64,000 nt of DNA from a virus (Duplodnaviria > Heunggongvirae > Uroviricota > Caudoviricetes). The position numbers and the translations under genes were made by a program. Positions 60,318 to 64,000 of the stretch are shown here, piece after piece. The stretch's first letter is position 1; every line of letters starts with the position of its first letter. Under the pieces are notes generated by a model. That model was not told the DNA's origin. It saw only the letters and a list, made by a program, of their open reading frames with translations, and did not search any database. The stretch spans positions 81,384 to 145,383 of the IMG/VR virus record IMGVR_UViG_3300031087_000527; one strand, written 5' to 3'.

Positions 60318-60394
60318 GCGCCGTTAGTTCAGTTGGATAGAACAACCGCCTTCTAAGCGGTAGGTCGCTGGTTCGAGTCCAGCACGGTGCACCA
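60318..60394 (+). tRNA. tRNA-Arg(UCU)
   Basis: GCGCCGT/ACGGTGC, ACCGC-CTTCTAA-GCGGT, CCA. Confidence 0.95.
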
Positions 60395-60399
60395 GAGTT

Positions 60400-60721
60400 T
60401 TCCGGTATTGCTGGTTAAACTTGTCTTATTTAGGTTGTAACTTAAAAAATTCATCCTTCTGATAAAAGTGTACAAAGCTTAACAGTTGTGAAACAGGTAA
60501 GCTTTATTTGGCCCGTTAGCTCAGTTGGTAAGAGCAATCGACTCATAATCGAGAGGTCGCTGGTTCAAGCCCAGCACGGGCCACCAAATCTGTGATATAT
60601 TTACGATGGCTACATCTTGCAAAGATGCGCCAGAAATAAATAGAGGTTTCTTTAATGGGTGGAGCTTTCGGGCGTTGAACCCTGTTAAAAGAGAATCACT
60701 TTCGGACGCCAGTAACCGGAA
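60400..60721 (+). ncRNA. Structured RNA region enclosing the tRNA at 60510
   Basis: Long-range helices 60400-14/60709-21 and 60458-70/60697-706 plus internal hairpins. Confidence 0.45.
60510..60586 (+). tRNA. tRNA(CAU), probably Ile2
   Basis: GGCCCGT/ACGGGCC acceptor, loop CTCATAA, CCA; Met identity not excluded. Confidence 0.9.
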
Positions 60722-60728
60722 TATTTAT

Positions 60729-60951
60729 GTCTCCCTTAGCTCAGTGGTAGAGCCGGGGCTGTAGTTGACAGTGGTTGCGAGATAAAAAGATATTTACGTT
60801 AATCGATGCGTATCAGTTCAAGTCTGATAAGGCTCCAGTAGGAAGCCTTTAGCTCAATGGTAGAGCCTTGGCGGGAAGTTTCCGTGGTCGAGTAAAGAAG
60901 GTGTTATCTCAATAGCAATGCGCGTTGGTTCGAATCCAACAGGGGACACCA
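60729..60951 (+). ncRNA. Two-headed tRNA-like RNA (outer tRNA domain plus inner circularly permuted tRNA domain)
   Basis: Two D-arm/T-arm units whose acceptor and connector helices pair only crosswise; ends in ACCA; no anticodon loop. Confidence 0.8.
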
Positions 60952-60953
60952 AT

Positions 60954-61033
60954 AGGAGAGTGATGGAAGGGGTAGACATCTCTGAAAGGAGTGGCGGCAG
61001 TCATTGAAGGTTCGAATCCTTCCTCTCCAACCA
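60954..61033 (+). ncRNA. tRNA-like RNA with truncated, GAAA-capped anticodon arm
   Basis: GGAGAG/CTCTCC acceptor, D arm, TCT-GAAA-GGA, TGGC-GGCA-GTCA variable arm, GAAGG-TTCGAAT-CCTTC, ACCA. Confidence 0.75.
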
Positions 61034-61040
61034 ATAAAAT

Positions 61041-61175
61041 GGTTTTTTAGCTCAGTTGGTAGAGCGCGAGCGCCAAAAGATCGTTTCTACTTCGGTAGAC
61101 AGCTCCGGCTGGTCAAATGACAACGATTCGATCTTAGGCCAGAGGTCGCTGGTTCGAGTCCAGCAGAAACCGCCA
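61041..61175 (+). ncRNA. tRNA-like RNA with multibranched insert replacing the anticodon arm
   Basis: GGTTTTT/AGAAACC acceptor, canonical D and T arms, GCCA end, about 75-nt folded insert. Confidence 0.8.
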
Positions 61176-61595
61176 GTATTTTTAATCTTTATTTCATTAA
61201 AAAGCAGTATCTTTTCATTAAATCAGCAACGAACGTAACAGTTTTTATTTAGATTTTTATATTGCTGTCAAATACCCATTTTTCATCCATAAAACCATTC
61301 CAGCTATACTTTTCACCTGTATAATTCTCATTTACTTTCACGATATGTTTTTCATATTTTCAGTACATCATTTTAAAGTTCGTTTAAATTGTTAATTTTT
61401 CACAGAAAGCATGTAATGCGTGATTTTTCTATTTTTACTTCTTTCGCCATTATAACTCGTTTAAATTATGTAATAACAAGTTATTCGACCGTTTGTCTTT
61501 CTTTATTGCTTAATTACTATTATTTACTGGTGTTTATTTTATTTTATTTTATTTTATTTTATATATTAATTATTATTTATATTAAAGGGCAAGAA

Positions 61596-62111
61596 ATGAA
61601 AAGAAATAAAAAAGGATTTTCCTTATTAGAGTTACTCTTAACGTTAGGAATCATAGCGGCATTAATAATAGCGGCTTTCATCGTATATCCTAAAGTTCAA
61701 GCGGCTCAAAGAGCGGAATCAGAGTTAAAAAATGTTGCAACTATACAAGCAGGCGTTAAATCTCTTTATAGCGGAATGGCAAATTATCAGGGGCTTAATA
61801 ATAGTGTTCTTATCAATGCTAATGTATTTCCAGAAAACTTACTAAAAGATGGAGATTCTGGAACACAAGCAGTAAATGCATTTGGTGGTAATGTAGAAGT
61901 AAAAAGCACATCTGCTTCTGGAATAGCGGATGCGGGGATTTCTATAAAATATTACAATGTTCCAAGTGATGAGTGTATAAGAATAGCAACAGCATTAGCT
62001 AATAACGTATCCTCTGTGCGAATTAATAACATAGCTACAACGTATACTTCGTTATTGGCGACAAAATGCAGTTCCACTAATAGTAATACTATCGAAATAG
62101 TGTCTTTATAA
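61596..62111 (+). CDS. Type IVb major pilin (PilS-like prepilin)
   Basis: KKG-FSLLE prepilin cleavage/methylation motif, hydrophobic helix, AFGG.V, YYNVP.DEC, C-terminal Cys pair. Confidence 0.88.
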   Translation: MKRNKKGFSLLELLLTLGIIAALIIAAFIVYPKVQAAQRAESELKNVATIQAGVKSLYSGMANYQGLNNSVLINANVFPENLLKDGDSGTQAVNAFGGNVEVKSTSASGIADAGISIKYYNVPSDECIRIATALANNVSSVRINNIATTYTSLLATKCSSTNSNTIEIVSL

Positions 62112-62193
62112 TTTTGAAATCATATTTAAATAACATAAAGCCAGCCTTTTCGGAATTGGTCTGAGACACGAACATAGAAAATAAACGAGAACC

Positions 62194-62895
62194 TTAGTGG
62201 TTCTTGTTTGTTTTTAAATCAAAGAAAAAAGGCTTAATAAAATCAGCAGGGCCTTGATTTTCTTTATGGCGCGTCTCATCCATAAGATAAAGATAATCTT
62301 CTTGAGGGATAGTAAAAGTGCTTTTTATGTCTTCCCACATTTCAAGCGTTAAGCTTTCAAAATCAGGATTTCTTCTAAAAAACTCTCCAGCAATATAATA
62401 TTCAATTTCATTGTCCTCCCCATCCATCCATGATCTAAGCGTCTTCTTGCAGGGCTTATTGAAAAATATCTTTGCTCGGTCAACACCTGCGAAGTTTACA
62501 TCCCATGCAGAAGGCGGCTTGGTCAAATACAGGTCAAAGTTCCCCGGTGTATCGCGCCTGATCAAATCAACTTCAAGTTCACCAATCCATTTATGGTGTC
62601 GATTGTGAAGTGTTTCTGAGAAATCATCATTGATTGACTGCCTGATCATCTGGCGTATTTCTTCTTTGACTTCTCCTTCTGGAAAATATTTAAATAGAAT
62701 GCTGCACCTATAACGCGATCCCCAAGGTCGCAAACAAAAACCACCTCCAAAGATATCCATAAAAGGTTTTTCTAAGTAAGGCTTAATAAACCAGACCATG
62801 CTATGTTCAATCAAATCATCCACAGTGGCAAAAGGATTCTCAATAGGGATGGAGCCGTATTTGGTGTGTTTTGGTTTAGTGATATATATTTTCAA
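62194..62895 (-). CDS. Hypothetical protein
   Basis: ORF track 233 aa; GAGAA upstream of TTG start. Confidence 0.7.
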   Translation of the reverse strand: MKIYITKPKHTKYGSIPIENPFATVDDLIEHSMVWFIKPYLEKPFMDIFGGGFCLRPWGSRYRCSILFKYFPEGEVKEEIRQMIRQSINDDFSETLHNRHHKWIGELEVDLIRRDTPGNFDLYLTKPPSAWDVNFAGVDRAKIFFNKPCKKTLRSWMDGEDNEIEYYIAGEFFRRNPDFESLTLEMWEDIKSTFTIPQEDYLYLMDETRHKENQGPADFIKPFFFDLKTNKNH

Positions 62896-62959
62896 GTTAT
62901 TTTCTCTTTTAATGTAGTCTTATAAGAATACATTTTGCCCGATATTAACGCAAAAAAAG

Positions 62960-62988
62960 TTGTACTTCATCCAGTATAGGATTATGAT
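62960..62988 (+). promoter_or_regulatory. tRNA-type promoter facing the second tnpB 3' end
   Basis: TTGTAC-N17-TATGAT followed by GTTCTTGAT as at 60245-60285. Confidence 0.7.
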
Positions 62989-63085
62989 GTTCTTGATTTA
63001 AAGTGTAAAAGTTATGTTTTGATTGTTCAGTCCTGATAACCTCCTGCTTTTCAAAACAAGTTGAGTTATTGTTTATTACAGACAA

Positions 63086-64000
63086 CCGTTCTTTTAAATA
63101 TGATCAAACCTGATCATGAACGTATAAAGCAGGTTGTGAACTAACATCAACCTCTTTTTTCCTGCTAGCACTATTCCCCTTCACAATGAAAGAAAACTCG
63201 TTAGCACTTTTTATTTTCTGAGGATTATTTAGCTTTAACCTGTTTTCTAACAGCGTTTTGCCACAAATCACTCCCGGAAAAGCTACCTTAACATGATTCA
63301 CCGCCGCATTGATATCTGCATTTATCACGGTGTTCAACACGCTGTCCCGGAACAACCCTCTCGTTATTTTCCCTTTCTTTACACCACGAACACCATTCAG
63401 TTCAGCAGGCGTAATCGGCTCTTTTCTCAAAGCCATTTGTTTTACTTTATTCACATCAGCCGTCAGGCTGCTTGTCTTCGATGTATAGCTTTCATCTATA
63501 TTCACCACGTCAATACCATACTTTATCGCTTTCTCTTCAAGTAGATTTAATAAACGACCAAAGGGAATCTGGTAAAACTTCTGTTTCGTTTTCTTATGCT
63601 GCTTGATGTTTCCACTGGTCTTTACAAAAGACAGATTTTTAGAAATCACCAAATCAGAAACCGCATTGGTTTTCAGATAAGAAAGTAATGCCGAAGACAG
63701 CTTATTCATCTCTCCGTCAAAGAACTGGTTGCGTGCGTTAAACATATTGCTCATTTGCTTTCTTATATGCTGCCCATAAGACGTATATTTCTCAGGAACC
63801 TGAGAAACCGAGCCGTCTTTTTTAGTAATCTCCCTGTATTCAGCCACGTGCCTTGACAGCTCGTTGTTTAACTTAGCCATGTGTTTATTAAAGGAGCAGT
63901 TATAATGAATCATCTTAGCATTACGATAAACCACGGAGTCGGTATCGCTATCATTAACAAACAATGAAAACAAATGATGCAAGCCAATATCCAAGCCAGC
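63086..64000 (-). mobile_element. Second IS607-like tnpB element, runs off the window
   Basis: Right end identical to copy 1 up to the GG (CC at 63086-87 on plus strand), then diverges. Confidence 0.75.
63104..64000 (-). CDS. tnpB: TnpB-family endonuclease, 5'-truncated by window end
   Basis: AGLDIG...IDESYTSK...NADINAAVN; 23 substitutions over about 295 aligned aa versus copy 1 (manual count). Confidence 0.9.
   Translation of the reverse strand, partial: AGLDIGLHHLFSLFVNDSDTDSVVYRNAKMIHYNCSFNKHMAKLNNELSRHVAEYREITKKDGSVSQVPEKYTSYGQHIRKQMSNMFNARNQFFDGEMNKLSSALLSYLKTNAVSDLVISKNLSFVKTSGNIKQHKKTKQKFYQIPFGRLLNLLEEKAIKYGIDVVNIDESYTSKTSSLTADVNKVKQMALRKEPITPAELNGVRGVKKGKITRGLFRDSVLNTVINADINAAVNHVKVAFPGVICGKTLLENRLKLNNPQKIKSANEFSFIVKGNSASRKKEVDVSSQPALYVHDQV

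Noticed and set aside
60755-60837. tmRNA or tRNA-Ala (GGGGCTG...GGCTCCA with G3-U70)
   Set aside because: No valid D stem, no tag ORF or pseudoknots, far too short; the cross-paired model explains many more base pairs
60729-60837. Intron-containing tRNA-Tyr (CTGTAG followed by an insert)
   Set aside because: No 3' anticodon-stem partner after removing any plausible intron, and the unit's own acceptor strands do not pair
60982-60988. tRNA-Phe anticodon loop CTGAAAG
   Set aside because: Flanking bases cannot form a 5-bp anticodon stem; the tetraloop fold pairs better
59827-61238. ORF-track entries 59827-60057 (-) and 61056-61238 (+)
   Set aside because: They overlap tRNA or tRNA-like genes and a better-supported plus-strand ORF; no RBS
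61540-61580. (ATTTT)n repeat as phase-variation tract or array
   Set aside because: Short, imperfect, in very AT-rich DNA; no evidence of function
61389-61595. 69-aa N-terminal extension of the pilin
   Set aside because: Low-complexity AT-rich sequence; ATG 61596 has an RBS and gives a normal prepilin leader

Overview
AT-rich, gene-dense 64 kb segment of a large mobile replicon. It looks most like an enterobacterial megaplasmid or phage-plasmid (ssb with a DFDDDIPF tail, KorA/TrfB-like repressor, type IVb pilin, erpA, MarC); a jumbo phage is not excluded. About 100 mostly short, plus-strand, unknown-function genes sit in 1-4-gene units, each with its own sigma70-like promoter and intrinsic terminator, and many promoters overlap a shared GACAAY/RTTGTC motif. 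Two related TnpB-only elements (1538-3317, and 63086 to the window end, inverted) have GG junctions typical of IS607-family transposition and different right flanks, so different predicted guides. A tRNA region at 59.7-61.2 kb holds canonical tRNAs (Arg-UCU x2, CAU/Ile2-like x2, Leu-UAA; a third Arg-UCU is at 27441). It ends with three CCA-terminated tRNA-like RNAs that lack a normal anticodon arm. The most striking (60729-60951) is a two-headed RNA: two tandem tRNA-like units whose helices pair only crosswise, so a circularly permuted tRNA module sits where the anticodon loop of an outer tRNA would be. All functional calls come from manual motif recognition and manual folding; no searches were run.
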